This document shows, in pieces, positions 24,171 through 37,679 of a stretch of 64,000 nt of DNA. Below the pieces are notes generated by a model, which saw nothing but the letters and a program-made list of their open reading frames with translations, did no database searches and had not been told where the DNA came from. The stretch's first letter is position 1. Each line of letters begins with the position of its first letter. The stretch covers positions 62,001-126,000 of the forward strand of contig NIVC01001537.1 of assembly GCA_002269645.1 (NCBI GenBank), read 5' to 3'. The stretch is from Macrostomum lignano (Eukaryota). Made by a program: the position numbers and the translations under genes.

Positions 24171-24837
24171 GTCCACTACATATTTATTAAAAGCAGGGCC
24201 TGTGTGCACCCTGGCGCACTTTAAGCGACATTGTCACACAACCGGAGAGAGGCATTGCTACCCATTCCGCCGACTCCCCTGAGCAGGCACACAAGCGCGC
24301 GGATACGTAAGCAGTCACACGCACAGGCATACACTCACACAGGAGTGTACAGCGGTCCTAACTTTATTTATTGCTAGGCATGTACACTTCACTGTGTCTT
24401 GGGGGTTGGCCCTCAAGGCGTTAATTGCACAAGCAGAGCCAAGTTAATTTAACCAAAAATTAATGTAATAATGAATTATATAACCATAGGGTCATGCATC
24501 CGTGAGTTTTTGGCGTGTGGGTTGGTCATAAAAATGCAAACGCTAAGAAGCTTTACTACTTCCCATACTATTTATAGTAGGCAGTGCGCTCGCAATGTGG
24601 CTTTTAAATTATGCAAAAACTATTATTTTTGCACTTGACTTCAAATTAAAATGTCGAGAATTTGTTTGCTTTGTGCCTGCCAGATCAGGCTCGCGATTTA
24701 CGTAAAAAATACATAACGGCTTACATCTAGTTTATGCGATCCGTCCTTGTGGTAAAAAACATGAATCACAAGTTAATAATTATTCGCCTATATGCTTGCT
24801 ATGAAGGTTTTGGCTGAAATGAGTATACCAATAGCAC

Positions 24838-26140
24838 GAGTAACTGGACCTCTTCATTGTGTTTATATCTACTAACTGGACCTCTTCATTGTGTCTCTAT
24901 CTACTAACTGGACCTCTTCATTGTGTCTATATCTACTAACTGGACCTCTTCATTGTGTCTATATGTACTAACTGGACCTCTTCATTGTGTCTATATCTAC
25001 TAACTGGACCTCTTCATTGTGTTTATATCTACTAACTGGACCTCTTCATTGTGTCTCTATCTACTAACTGGACCTCTTCATTGTGTCTATATCTACTAAC
25101 TGGACCTCTTCATTGTGTCTATATGTACTAACTGGACCTCTTCATTGTGTCTATATCTACTAACTGGACCTCTTCATTGTGTCTCTATCTACTAACTGGA
25201 CCTCTTCATTGTGTCTATATCTACTAACTGGACCTCTTCATTGTGTCTATATCTACTAACTGGACCTCTTCATTGTGTCTATATGTACTAACTGGACCTC
25301 TTCATTGTGTCTATATCTACTAACTGGACCTCTTCATTGTGTTTATATCTACTAACTGGACCTCTTCATTGTGTCTATATGTACTAACTGGACCTCTTCA
25401 TTGTGTTTATATCTACTAACTGGACCTCTTCATTGTGTTTATATCTACTAACTGGACCTCTTCATTGTGTCTATATCTACCAATTGGACCTCTTCATTGT
25501 GTCTATATGTACTAACTGGACCTCTTCATTGTGTCTATATGTACTAACTGGACCTCTTCATTGTGTCTATATCTACTAACTGGACCTCTTCATTGTGTCT
25601 ATATGTACTAACTGGACCTCTTCATTGTGTCTATATCTACTAACTGGACCTCTTCATTGTGTTTATATCTACTAACTGGACCTCTTCATTGTGTCTATAT
25701 GTACTAACTGGACCTCTTCATTGTGTTTATATCTACTAACTGGACCTCTTCATTGTGTTTATATCTACTAACTGGACCTCTTCATTGTGTCTATATCTAC
25801 CAATTGGACCTCTTCATTGTGTTTATATCTACTAACTGGACCTCTTCATTGTGTCTATATCTACCAATTGGACCTCTTCATTGTGTTTATATCTACTAAC
25901 TGGACCTCTTCATTGTGTCTATATCTACCAATTGGACCTCTTCATTGTGTCTATATGTACTAACTGGACCTCTTCATTGTGTCTATATGTACTAACTGGA
26001 CCTCTTCATTGTGTCTATATGTACTAACTGGACCTCTTCATTGTGTTTATATCTACTAACTGGACCTCTTCATTGTGTTTATATCTACTAACTGGACCTC
26101 TTCATTGTGTCTCTATCTACTAACTTGACCTCTTCATTCA
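24838..26140. repeat. 32-bp minisatellite (actaactggacctcttcattgtgtctatatct), about 40 copies
   Basis: Period 32 (24841 to 24873). Confidence 0.95.
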
Positions 26141-26399
26141 TTGTACACAGGTTTATAACGCTTAAACCTTGTCGTATTTGATACATAAACTGTTGACAAG
26201 TTTGCTATAGTTTACTTTAAAGTCGGCCAAATCTGCCTGATCCCAGGCTTATCTGTGTTCGCAGCAGTCCTGCCATATCTTTTCAGCCAAATGACCTTTT
26301 TATGAAACTGTCTGAGACTCCTCGAGCCGGCAACTATCCAGATAAAACAAATTAGCATTTACCTATCTCTGCTTGGAAATTAGATTTGCTTTGAAAAAT

Positions 26400-29300
26400 T
26401 CATTGCTAATTTAGCCCACAGCAATGACGGAATAGAATGGATTGCTAATCTAGCCTACATCAATGAAGGAATAGAATGGATTGCTAATCTAGCCCACAGC
26501 AATGAAGGAATAGAATGGATTGCTAATCTAGCCTACATCAGTGAAGGAATAGAATGGATTGCTAATCTAGCCTACATCAGTGAAGGAATAGAATGGATTG
26601 CTAATCTAGCCCACAGCAATGAAGGAATAGAATGGATTGCTAATCTAGCCTACATCAGTGAAGGAATAGAATGGATTGCTAATCTAGCCTACATCAATGA
26701 AGGAATAGAATGGATTGCTAATCTAGCCCACAGCAATGAAGGAATAGAATGGATTGCTAATCTAGCCTACATCAGTGAAGGAATAGAATGGATTGCTAAT
26801 CTAGCCCACAGCAATGAAGGAATAGAATGGATTGCTAATCTAGCCTACATCAGTGAAGGAATAGAATGGATTGCTAATCTAGCCTACATCAATGAAGGAA
26901 TAGAATGGATTGCTAATTTAGCCCACAGCAATGAAGGAATAGAATGGATTGCTAATCTAGCCTACATCAATGAAGGAATAGAATGGATTGCTAATCTAGC
27001 CTACATCAATGAAGGAATAGAATGGATTGCTAATCTAGCCTACATCAATGAAGGAATAGAATGGATTGCTAATCTAGCCTACATCAATGAAGGAATAGAA
27101 TGGATTGCTAATCTAGCCTACATCAATGAAGGAATAGAATGGATTGCTAATCTAGCCTACATCAATGAAGGAATAGAATGGATTGCTAATCTAGCGTACA
27201 TCAATGAAGGAGTAGAATGGATTGCTAATCTAGCCTACACCAATAAATGTATAGAATGGATTGCTAATCTAGCCTACATCAATGAAGGAATAGAATGGAT
27301 TGCTAATCTAGCCTACATCAATGAAGGAATAGAATGGATTGCTAATCTAGCCTACATCAATGAAGGAATAGAATGGATTGCTAATCTAGCCTACATCAAT
27401 GAAGGAATAGAATGGATTGCTAATCTAGCCTACATCAATGAAGGAATAGAATGGATTGCTAATCTAGCCTACATCAATGAAGGAATAGAATGGATTGCTA
27501 ATCTAGCCTACATCAATGAAGGAATAGAATGGATTGCTAATCTAGCCTACATCAATGAAGGAATAGAATGGATTGCTAATCTAGCCTGCATCAGTGAAGG
27601 AACAGAATGGATTGCTAATCTAGCCTACATCAGTGAAGGAATAGAATGGATTGCTAATCTAGCCTACATCAATGAAGGAATAGAATGGATTGCTAATCTA
27701 GCCTACATCAATGAAGGAATAGAATGGATTGCTAATCTAGCCTACATCAATGAAGGAACAGAATGGATTGCTAATCTAGCCTACATCAATGAAGGAACAG
27801 AATGGATTGCTAATCTAGCCTACATCAATGAAGGAACAGAATGGATTGCTAATCTAGCCTACAGCAATGAAGGAATAGAATGGATTGCTAATCTAGCCTA
27901 CATCAATGAAGGAATAGAATGGATTGCTAATCTAGCCTACATCAATGAAGGAACAGAATGGATTGCTAATCTAGCCTACATCAATGAAGGAACAGAATGG
28001 ATTGCTAATCTAGCCTACATCAATGAAGGAACAGAATGGATTGCTAATCTAGCCTACATCAATGAAGGAATAGAATGGATTGCTAATCTAGCCTACATCA
28101 ATAAAGGAATAGAATGGATTGCTAATCTAGCCTACATCAATGAAGGAATAGAATGGATTGCTAATCTAGCCTACATCAATGAAGGAATAGAATGGATTGC
28201 TAATTTAGCCCACAGCAATGAAGGAATAGAATGGATTGCTAATCTAGCCTACACCAATAAATGTATAGAATGGATTGCTAATCTAGCCTACATCAATGAA
28301 GGAATAGAATGGATTGCTAATCTAGCCTACATCAATGAAGGAACAGAATGGATTGCTAATCTAGCCTACATCAATGAAGGAACAGAATGGATTGCTAATC
28401 TAGCCTACATCAGTGAAGGAATAGAATGGATTGCTAATCTAGCCTGCATCAGTGAAGGAATAGAATGGATTGCTAATCTAGCCTACATCAATGAAGGAAC
28501 AGAATGGATTGCTAATCTAGCCTACATCAATGAAGGAGTAGAATGGATTGCTAATCTAGCCTACATCAATGAAGGAATAGAATGGATTGCTAATCTAGCC
28601 TACATCAATGAAGGAATAGAATGGATTGCTAATCTAGCCTACATCAATGAAGGAGTAGAATGGATTGCTAATCTAGCCTACATCAATGAAGGAATAGAAT
28701 GGATTGCTAATCTAGCGTACATCAATGAAGGAATAGAATGGATTGCTAATCTAGCCTACATCAATGAAGGAATAGAATGGATTGCTAATCTAGCCTACAT
28801 CAATGAAGGAATAGAATGGATTGCTAATCTAGCCTACATCAATGAAGGAATAGAATGGATTGCTAATCTAGCCTACATCAGTGAAGGAATAGAATGGATT
28901 GCTAATCTAGCCTACATCAGTGAAGGAACAGAATGGATTGCTAATCTATCCTACATCAATGAAGGAATAGAATGGATTGCTAATCTAGCCTACATCAATG
29001 AAGGAATAGAATGGATTGCTAATCTAGCCTACATCAATGAAGGAATAGAATGGATTGCTAATCTAGCCTACATCAATGAAGGAACAGAATGGATTGCTAA
29101 TCTAGCCTACATCAATGAAGGAACAGAATGGATTGCTAATCTAGCCTACATCAATGAAGGAACAGAATGGATTGCTAATCTAGCCTACAGCAATGAAGGA
29201 ATAGAATGGATTGCTAATCTAGCCTACATCAATGAAGGAATAGAATGGATTGCTAATCTAGCCTACATCAGTGAAGGAATGGAATGGATTGCTAATCTAG

Positions 29301-32300
29301 CCCACAGCAATGAAGGAATAGAATGGATTGCTAATCTAGCCTACATCAGTGAAGGAATAGAATGGATTGCTAATCTAGCCTACATCAATGAAGGAATAGA
29401 ATGGATTGCTAATTTAGCCCACAGCAATGAAGGAATAGAATGGATTGCTAATCTAGCCTACATCAATGAAGGAATAGAATGGATTGCTAATCTAGCCTAC
29501 ATCAATGAAGGAATAGAATGGATTGCTAATCTAGCCTACATCAATGAAGGAATAGAATGGATTGCTAATCTAGCCTACATCAATGAAGGAATAGAATGGA
29601 TTGCTAATCTAGCCTACATCAATGAAGGAATAGAATGGATTGCTAATCTAGCCTACATCAATGAAGGAACAGAATGGATTGCTAATCTAGCCTACATCAA
29701 TGAAGGAACAGAATGGATTGCTAATCTAGCCTACATCAATGAAGGAACAGAATGGATTGCTAATCTAGCCTACAGCAATGAAGGAATAGAATGGATTGCT
29801 AATCTAGCCTACATCAATGAAGGAATAGAATGGATTGCTAATCTAGCCTACATCAATGAAGGAACAGAATGGATTGCTAATCTAGCCTACATCAATGAAG
29901 GAACAGAATGGATTGCTAATCTAGCCTACATCAATGAAGGAACAGAATGGATTGCTAATCTAGCCTACATCAATGAAGGAATAGAATGGATTGCTAATCT
30001 AGCCTACATCAATGAAGGAATAGAATGGATTGCTAATCTAGCCTACATCAATGAAGGAATAGAATGGATTGCTAATCTAGCCTACATCAATGAAGGAATA
30101 GAATGGATTGCTAATTTAGCCCACAGCAATGAAGGAATAGAATGGATTGCTAATCTAGCCTACACCAATAAATGTATAGAATGGATTGCTAATCTAGCCT
30201 ACATCAATGAAGGAATAGAATGGATTGCTAATCTAGCCTACATCAATGAAGGAACAGAATGGATTGCTAATCTAGCCTACATCAATGAAGGAACAGAATG
30301 GATTGCTAATCTAGCCTACATCAGTGAAGGAATAGAATGGATTGCTAATCTAGCCTGCATCAGTGAAGGAATAGAATGGATTGCTAATCTAGCCTACATC
30401 AATGAAGGAACAGAATGGATTGCTAATCTAGCCTACATCAATGAAGGAGTAGAATGGATTGCTAATCTAGCCTACATCAATGAAGGAATAGAATGGATTG
30501 CTAATCTAGCGTACATCAATGAAGGAATAGAATGGATTGCTAATCTAGCCTACATCAATGAAGGAGTAGAATGGATTGCTAATCTAGCGTACATCAATGA
30601 AGGAATAGAATGGATTGCTAATCTAGCCTACATCAATGAAGGAATAGAATGGATTGCTAATCTAGCCTACATCAATGAAGGAATAGAATGGATTGCTAAT
30701 CTAGCCTACATCAATGAAGGAATAGAATGGATTGCTAATCTAGCCTACATCAGTGAAGGAATAGAATGGATTGCTAATCTAGCCTACATCAGTGAAGGAA
30801 CAGAATGGATTGCTAATCTATCCTACATCAATGAAGGAATAGAATGGATTGCTAATCTAGCCTACATCAATGAAGGAATAGAATGGATTGCTAATCTAGC
30901 CTACATCAATGAAGGAATAGAATGGATTGCTAATCTAGCCTACATCAATGAAGGAATAGAATGGATTGCTAATCTAGCCTACATCAATGAAGGAATAGAA
31001 TGGATTGCTAATCTAGCCTACATCAATGAAGGAATAGAATGGATTGCTAATCTAGCCTACATCAATGAAGGAGTAGAATGGATTGCTAATCTAGCCTACA
31101 TCAATGAAGGAATAGAATGGATTGCTAATCTAGCCTACATCAATGAAGGAATAGAATGGATTGCTAATCTAGCCTACATCAATGAAGGAATAGAATGGAT
31201 TGCTAATCTAGCCTACATCAGTGAAGGAATAGAATGGATTGCTAATCTAGCCTACATCAATGAAGGAATAGAATGGATTGCTAATCTAGCCTACATCAAT
31301 GAAGGAATAGAATGGATTGCTAATCTAGCCTACATCAATGAAGGAATAGAATGGATTGCTAATCTAGCCTACATCAATGAAGGAATAGAATGGATTGCTA
31401 ATCTAGCCTACATCAATGAAGGAATAGAATGGATTGCTAATCTAGCCTACATCAATGAAGGAATAGAATGGATTGCTAATCTAGCCTACACCAATAAATG
31501 TATAGAATGGATTGCTAATCTAGCCTACATCAATGAAGGAATAGAATGGATTGCTAATCTAGCCTACATCAATGAAGGAATAGAATGGATTGCTAATCTA
31601 GCCTACATCAATGAAGGAATAGAATGGATTGCTAATCTAGCCTACATCAATGAAGGAATAGAATGGATTGCTAATCTAGCCTACACCAATAAATGTATAG
31701 AATGGATTGCTAATCTAGCCTACATCAATGAAGGAATAGAATGGATTGCTAATCTAGCCTACATCAATGAAGGAGTAGAATGGATTGCTAATCTAGCCTA
31801 CATCAATGAAGGAATAGAATGGATTGCTAATCTAGCCTACATCAATGAAGGAGTAGAATGGATTGCTAATCTAGCCTACATCAATGAAGGAGTAGAATGG
31901 ATTGCTAATCTAGCCTACATCAATGAAGGAATAGAATGGATTGCTAATTTAGCCCACAGCAATGAAGGAATAGAATGGATTGCTAATCTAGCCTACATGA
32001 ATGAAGGAATAGAATGGATTGCTAATCTGGCCTACATCAATGAAGGAATAGAATGAATTGCTAATCTAGCCTACATCAATGAAGGAATAGAATGGATTGC
32101 TAATCTAGCCTACATCAGTGAAGGAATAGAATGGATTGCTAATCTAGCCTACACCAATAAATGTATAGAATGGATTGCTAATCTAGCCTACATCAATGAA
32201 GGAGTAGAATGGATTGCTAATCTAGCCTACATCAATGAAGGAATAGAATGGATTGCTAATTTAGCCTACATCAATGAAGGAATAGAATGGATTGCTAATC

Positions 32301-33712
32301 TAGCCTACATCAATGAAGGAATAGAATGGATTGCTAATCTAGCCTACATCAGTGAAGGAATAGAATGGATTGCTAATCTAGCCTACATTAATGAAGGAAT
32401 AGAATGGATTGCTAATTTAGCCCACAGCAATGAAGGAATAGAATGGATTGCTAATCTAGCCTACATCAATGAAGGAATAGAATGAATTGCTAATCTAGCC
32501 TACATCAATGAAGGAATAGAATGGATTGCTAATCTAGCCTACATCAATGAAGGAATAGAATGGATTGCTAATCTAGCGTACATCAATGAAGGAGTAGAAT
32601 GGATTGCTAATCTAGCCTACACCAATAAATGTATAGAATGGATTGCTAATCTAGCCTACATCAATGAAGGAATAGAATGGATTGCTAATCTAGCCTACAT
32701 CAATGAAGGAGTAGAATGGATTGCTAATCTAGCCTACATCAATGAAGGAGTAGAATGGATTGCTAATCTAGCCTACATCAATGAAGGAATAGAATGAATT
32801 GCTAATCTAGCCAACATCAGTGAAGGAATAAAATGGATTGCTAATCTAGCCTACCCAAATGAAGGAATAGAATGGATTGCTAATCTAGCCTACATCAATG
32901 AAGGAATAGAATGGATTGCTAATCTAGCCTACATCAATGAAGGAATAGAATGGATTGCTAATCTAGCCTACATCAATGAAGGAGTAGAATGGATTGCTAA
33001 TCTAGCCTACATCAATGAAGGAATAGAATGGATTGCTAATCTAGCCAACATCAGTGAAGGAATAAAATGGATTGCTAATCTAGCCTACCCAAATGAAGGA
33101 ATAGAATGGATTGCTAATCTAGCCTACATCAATGAAGGAATAGAATGGATTGCTAATCTAGCCTACATCAATGAAGGAATAGAATGGATTGCTAATCTAG
33201 CCTACATCAGTGAAGGAATAGAATGGATTGCTAATCTAGCCTACATCAATGAAGGAATAGAATGGATTGCTAATCTAGCCTACATCAATGAAGGAGTAGA
33301 ATAGATTGCTAATCTAGCCTACATCAATGAAGGAGTAGAATAGATTGCTAATCTAGCCTACATCAATGAAGGAATAGAATGGATTGCTAATCTAGCCTAC
33401 ATCAATGAAGGAATAGAATGGATTGCTAATCTAGCCTACATCAATGAAGGAGTAGAATAGATTGCTAATCTAGCCTACATCAATGAAGGAATAGAATGGA
33501 TTGCTAATCTAGCCTACATCAATGAAGGAATAGAATGGATTGCTAATCTAGCCTACATCAATGAAGGAATAGAATGGATTGCTAATCTAGCCTACATCAA
33601 TGAAGGAATAGAATGGATTGCTAATCTAGCCTACATCAGTGAAGGAATAGAATGGATTGCTAATCTAGCCTACAGCAATGAAGGAATAGAATGGATTGCT
33701 AATCTAGCCAGC
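26400..33712. repeat. 39-bp satellite (aatggattgctaatctagcctacatcaatgaaggaatag), about 187 copies, 7.3 kb
   Basis: Highly homogeneous 39-bp period with recurring variant blocks; produces the artefactual EWIANLAYINEGI ORF. Confidence 0.97.
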
Positions 33713-33983
33713 ATTAATGATACCTACTTATAGTAATTAGGCTTTTAAATTAAAATAATGAAACCAACTCGCTTATATTATGATTATTAAAACCTAACTA
33801 GGAACTTTTGTAACTATATTCGACATAATTATTATGTTGGCAAATATATTTATATGAAGACTGCACCTCTATACTTAAAAACTATAAAATTCTTCATTTT
33901 GTTAAATTTCGTTGCTGTTTCTTTGTTTTTCATCAGATGTTTTGTTCACTTTCCGGGCACATCTAAAAGCTCAAAGGTTTAGT

Positions 33984-34810
33984 TCACAGCAGCACCGACT
34001 TGATGCCCATTAGCAGGGCACCAGACAGGAGCCCGACTGAGGCTGAGGCAACGACAGAACGGTGGCCGGAGTTGCACAGATCCGTGTTGCACTCGGTGCA
34101 GCCTGTGCTGGTAAAGTTGCAGCCGCCGCAGTTGCCGTTGATCTGCCAGAGGGACGTTGTGGTGGAACAGAGACTCACCACAGGGTCTTTGTAGTGTGTG
34201 GGTAATGAGGGTAGGATCTATAGTAATGGGGGATAGGATCTATAGTAATGTGGGGTATGATCTATAGTAATGAGAGGGTTGGATCTATGGTAATGAGAGG
34301 CTGGGATCTATGGTAATGAGAGGGTTGGATCTATGGTAATGAGAGGCTGGGATCTATGGTAATGAGAGGGTTGGATCTATGGTAATGAGAGGCTGGGATC
34401 TATGGTAATGAGAGGGTTGGATCTATGGTAATGAGAGGCTGGGATCTATGGTAATGAGAGGGTTGGATCTATGGTAATGAGAGGCTGGGATCTATGGTAA
34501 TGAGAGGGTTGGATCTATGGTAATGAGAGGCTGCGATCTATGGTAATGAGAGGCTGGGATCTATGGTAATGAGAGGCTGGGATCTATGGGAATGAGAGGG
34601 TTGGATCTATGGTAATGAGAGGGTTGGATCTATGGTAATGAGAGGGTTGGATCTATGGTAATGAGGGGGTTGTTAATCTCACAATTCGAACGCCAAGCAC
34701 TGTCATATCCTGTTTGAAGCAAGATGTGACGCCTGAAGGGCAAGTCACTTCAGTCCGAATGTCGCCCAGGATGCTTGAGTACGCGTAGCACCTGATGCTC
34801 ACAGCGCATG
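33984..34810 (-). CDS. Second Ly6/CD59-like three-finger protein, predicted GPI-anchored (first exon uncertain)
   Basis: Exon 34810-34683 reads CAVS|IRCYAYSSILGDIRTEVTCPSGVTSCFKQDMTVLGVRI. Exon about 34186-33984 reads DPVVSLCSTTTSLWQINGNCGGCNFTSTGCTECNTDLCN plus the hydrophobic tail SGHRSVVASASVGLLSGALLMGIKSVLL. The junction is off by 1 nt unless the acceptor at 34217 is used. A tentative first exon is 35010-34965 (MATRAIVTRIICINI). Confidence 0.7.
34205..34670. repeat. 23-bp minisatellite (ggatctatggtaatgagagggtt/gctg), partly alternating as a 46-bp dimer, in the Ly6 intron
   Basis: Direct reading. Confidence 0.9.
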
Positions 34811-35002
34811 CTGAAAAAAGTTTTAATAAAGCTTTGGTGGGGCCTGCTTATTATAATAAAAAAATTAGTGACTAACAACTAGACTCCTTGCCTGTTTTGA
34901 AACGATCGGCTCAAGTTTATTTGACAAAAATTCTGAATCAAATCTTTTTTGACACCTTTTTTACTAATATTTATGCAGATAATTCTAGTCACTATTGCTC
35001 TG

Positions 35003-35016
35003 GTTGCCATGGCTAC
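35003..35016. promoter_or_regulatory. Near-palindromic X-box-like motif
   Basis: GTTGCCATGGCTAC, one mismatch from the GTTGCCATGGCAAC palindrome, near the 5' end of the minus-strand Ly6 gene. It overlaps the tentative start codon. Confidence 0.4.
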
Positions 35017-35339
35017 AAGCACTGATTAAGGCATAAGATAAGCACTGCTATGATCGTGGGTTTTGCAATTGTGGGACCGAAGTCATTAGTAGTTAATTTG
35101 ACTCAGGACAGCAAACATTGTAATCTCACATTCAATGCTGATAGTGGAAAAATTTTTACCAAAACAAATGTTGAATCCGCTATCTGCTGTTGTTTAAATT
35201 GGACTGCCTGGGCTCTGAATGCTCACAGGAAATTGAGAACTGACCCAATTAATTAAATCCTTGATCTCAATTGGACTTGGATTGTAGCTCGAATGAACTG
35301 GTTTGCTAGTAACTGCTCTGCCATTTCACCCTACCTTGT

Positions 35340-36150
35340 CCCTGCTACCCTACCCTCTCCCTGCTACCCTACCCTCTCCCTGCTACCCTACCCTCTCCCT
35401 GCTACCCTACCCTCTCCCTGCTACCCTACCCTCTCCCTGCTACCCTACCCTCTCCCTGCTACCCTACCCTCTCCCTGCTACCCTACCCTCTCCCTGCTAC
35501 CCTACCCTCTCACTGCTACCCTACTCTCTCCCTGCTACCCTACCCTCTCACTGCTACCCTACCCTCTCACTGCTACCCTACCCTCTCACTGCTACCCTAC
35601 CCTCTCCCTGCTACCCTACCCTCTCCCTGCTACCCTACCCTCTCCCTGCTACCCTACCCTCTCCCTGCTACCCTACCCTCTCCCTGCTACCCTACCCTCT
35701 CCCTGCTACCCTACCCTCTCCCTGCTACCCTACCCTCTCCCTGCTACCCTACCCTCTCCCTGCTACCCTACCCTCTCACTGCTACCCTACTCTCTCCCTG
35801 CTACCCTACTCTCTCCCTGCTACCCTACCCTCTCACTGCTACCCTACCCTCTCCCTGCCACCCTACCCTCTCCGCCGCCATCCCATTCTCTCCCCGCCAT
35901 CCCATTCTCTCCCCCGCCATCCCATTCTCTCCCCGCCATCCCATTCTCTTCCCCGCCATCCCATTGTCTCCCCCGCCATCCCATTCTCTTCCCCGCCATC
36001 CCATTCTCTCCCCTGCCATCCCATTCTCTCCCCCGCCATCCCATTCTCTCCCCCGCCATCCCATTCTCTTCCCCGCCATCCCATTCTCTCCCCCGCCATC
36101 CCATTCTCTCCCCCGTCATCCCATTCTCTCCCCCGCCATCCCATTCTCTC
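35340..36150. repeat. Adjacent C-rich 19-bp (ctaccctaccctctccctg) and 20-bp (ccccgccatcccattctctc) minisatellites
   Basis: Direct reading. Confidence 0.92.
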
Positions 36151-36629
36151 CCCGCCATTCCACCCTCGCTCCACCGTGCCTGTTTCTTCCCCAGCCGTCC
36201 CATTCTCCCCTAGTTTTTTCTCATAAACCAGCTGTCTATTATTAAACTATAATAGTTTTACTATCTGCTGCAGAAGAAGCCATTACAAGCCTTTAATTGC
36301 AGCGTCAATAATCCATCGATCTGCCCCTATTAAGAAACCAGGTTTAACGATAAACAAATCTCTTTATAGTCAGGTTTTTCTAAACCTGATAAATAATACT
36401 TCGTCACAATGACCTGCTCTCGTCAATACAGAAGCGCATCTGTGTGTTTAAACAACAGTGGCTTCAGCGGCTTTTGTTTATTCATATTTTTTTAAATTCC
36501 ATTCATCTTGTCTATCACTTCATGAATAATTCTTGTCTGCTAGCTCGAAATCGCACACCGAGACAGAGTTTTGGCGTACTGAAAGTAGCAAGATTGGGAC
36601 ATTTTTCTAATTGGTAAACAAATTAATAA

Positions 36630-36826
36630 TTTGCCAATGGAACCCTTCCGATTGGCTGATCGATTGACCAATAGGAATCCTTGGCGGCAAAAGCAATTAT
36701 CTGGGACTTTTGGCGGTCTGAAAAAAGATTTATTTCGAAGGATTTGAAACAGCGATAAGCAGAAAACTGCGAACTTTTGGCCTCCTGTTTGACCTTGAGA
36801 CTGGACTGCAGAATAATCAGGTGAGT
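36630..36826 (+). promoter_or_regulatory. CCAAT-rich putative promoter plus non-coding first exon ending at donor cag|gtgagt (36820/36821)
   Basis: Three CCAAT/ATTGG boxes within 36631-36672, followed by a strong donor. The only plus-strand gene found downstream is the Ror-like gene. Confidence 0.4.
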
Positions 36827-37260
<434 letters not shown>

Positions 37261-37679
37261 AATTTCCTCTTGCCCATTATAACCTTTTCAATCAGCCTAA
37301 GGTTATTTATTGCACTGTTTGATAGATGTCTGATAGAGCGTGGTCGCCGCCATGTCCCCCTCAGGACTAATGCGCAATTCGAAATTTTAATAGCAATTTT
37401 TATAACATTCCCAGTGGGGATCTGGACTACTAGCCCACCCACCCCAATGCTGCCCCTGCCCTTAGCAACTCCATCATCCTTGGATGAGAAAGAAAAGTAG
37501 TCTTGCTGATGAAACAAGATTTCGGTGGTTGGAATTGCGCTGAAACACGCCTCGCACCTCCCCCAGGTGACCCGTGTGCTGGTGTGGCTCTCATATTGGT
37601 CTAATTTTGAATACTTGTTTAAAATATAGAAAATAATTTGCTTTTCAAATTGGATAATGATTACATTTGAAGATGCAGT

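Noticed and set aside
23145-24282. Many overlapping ORFs (MDPKKPWTP and similar)
   Set aside because: 17-bp repeat cycling through frames.
29279-32056. 925-aa ORF (EWIANLAYINEGI)n
   Set aside because: It is the translation of a 39-bp satellite; the ATG comes from a single variant unit; there are no splice, signal or domain features.
24838-33712. CRISPR array interpretation of the 32- and 39-bp repeats
   Set aside because: Units are contiguous with no unique spacers; eukaryotic context; no cas genes.
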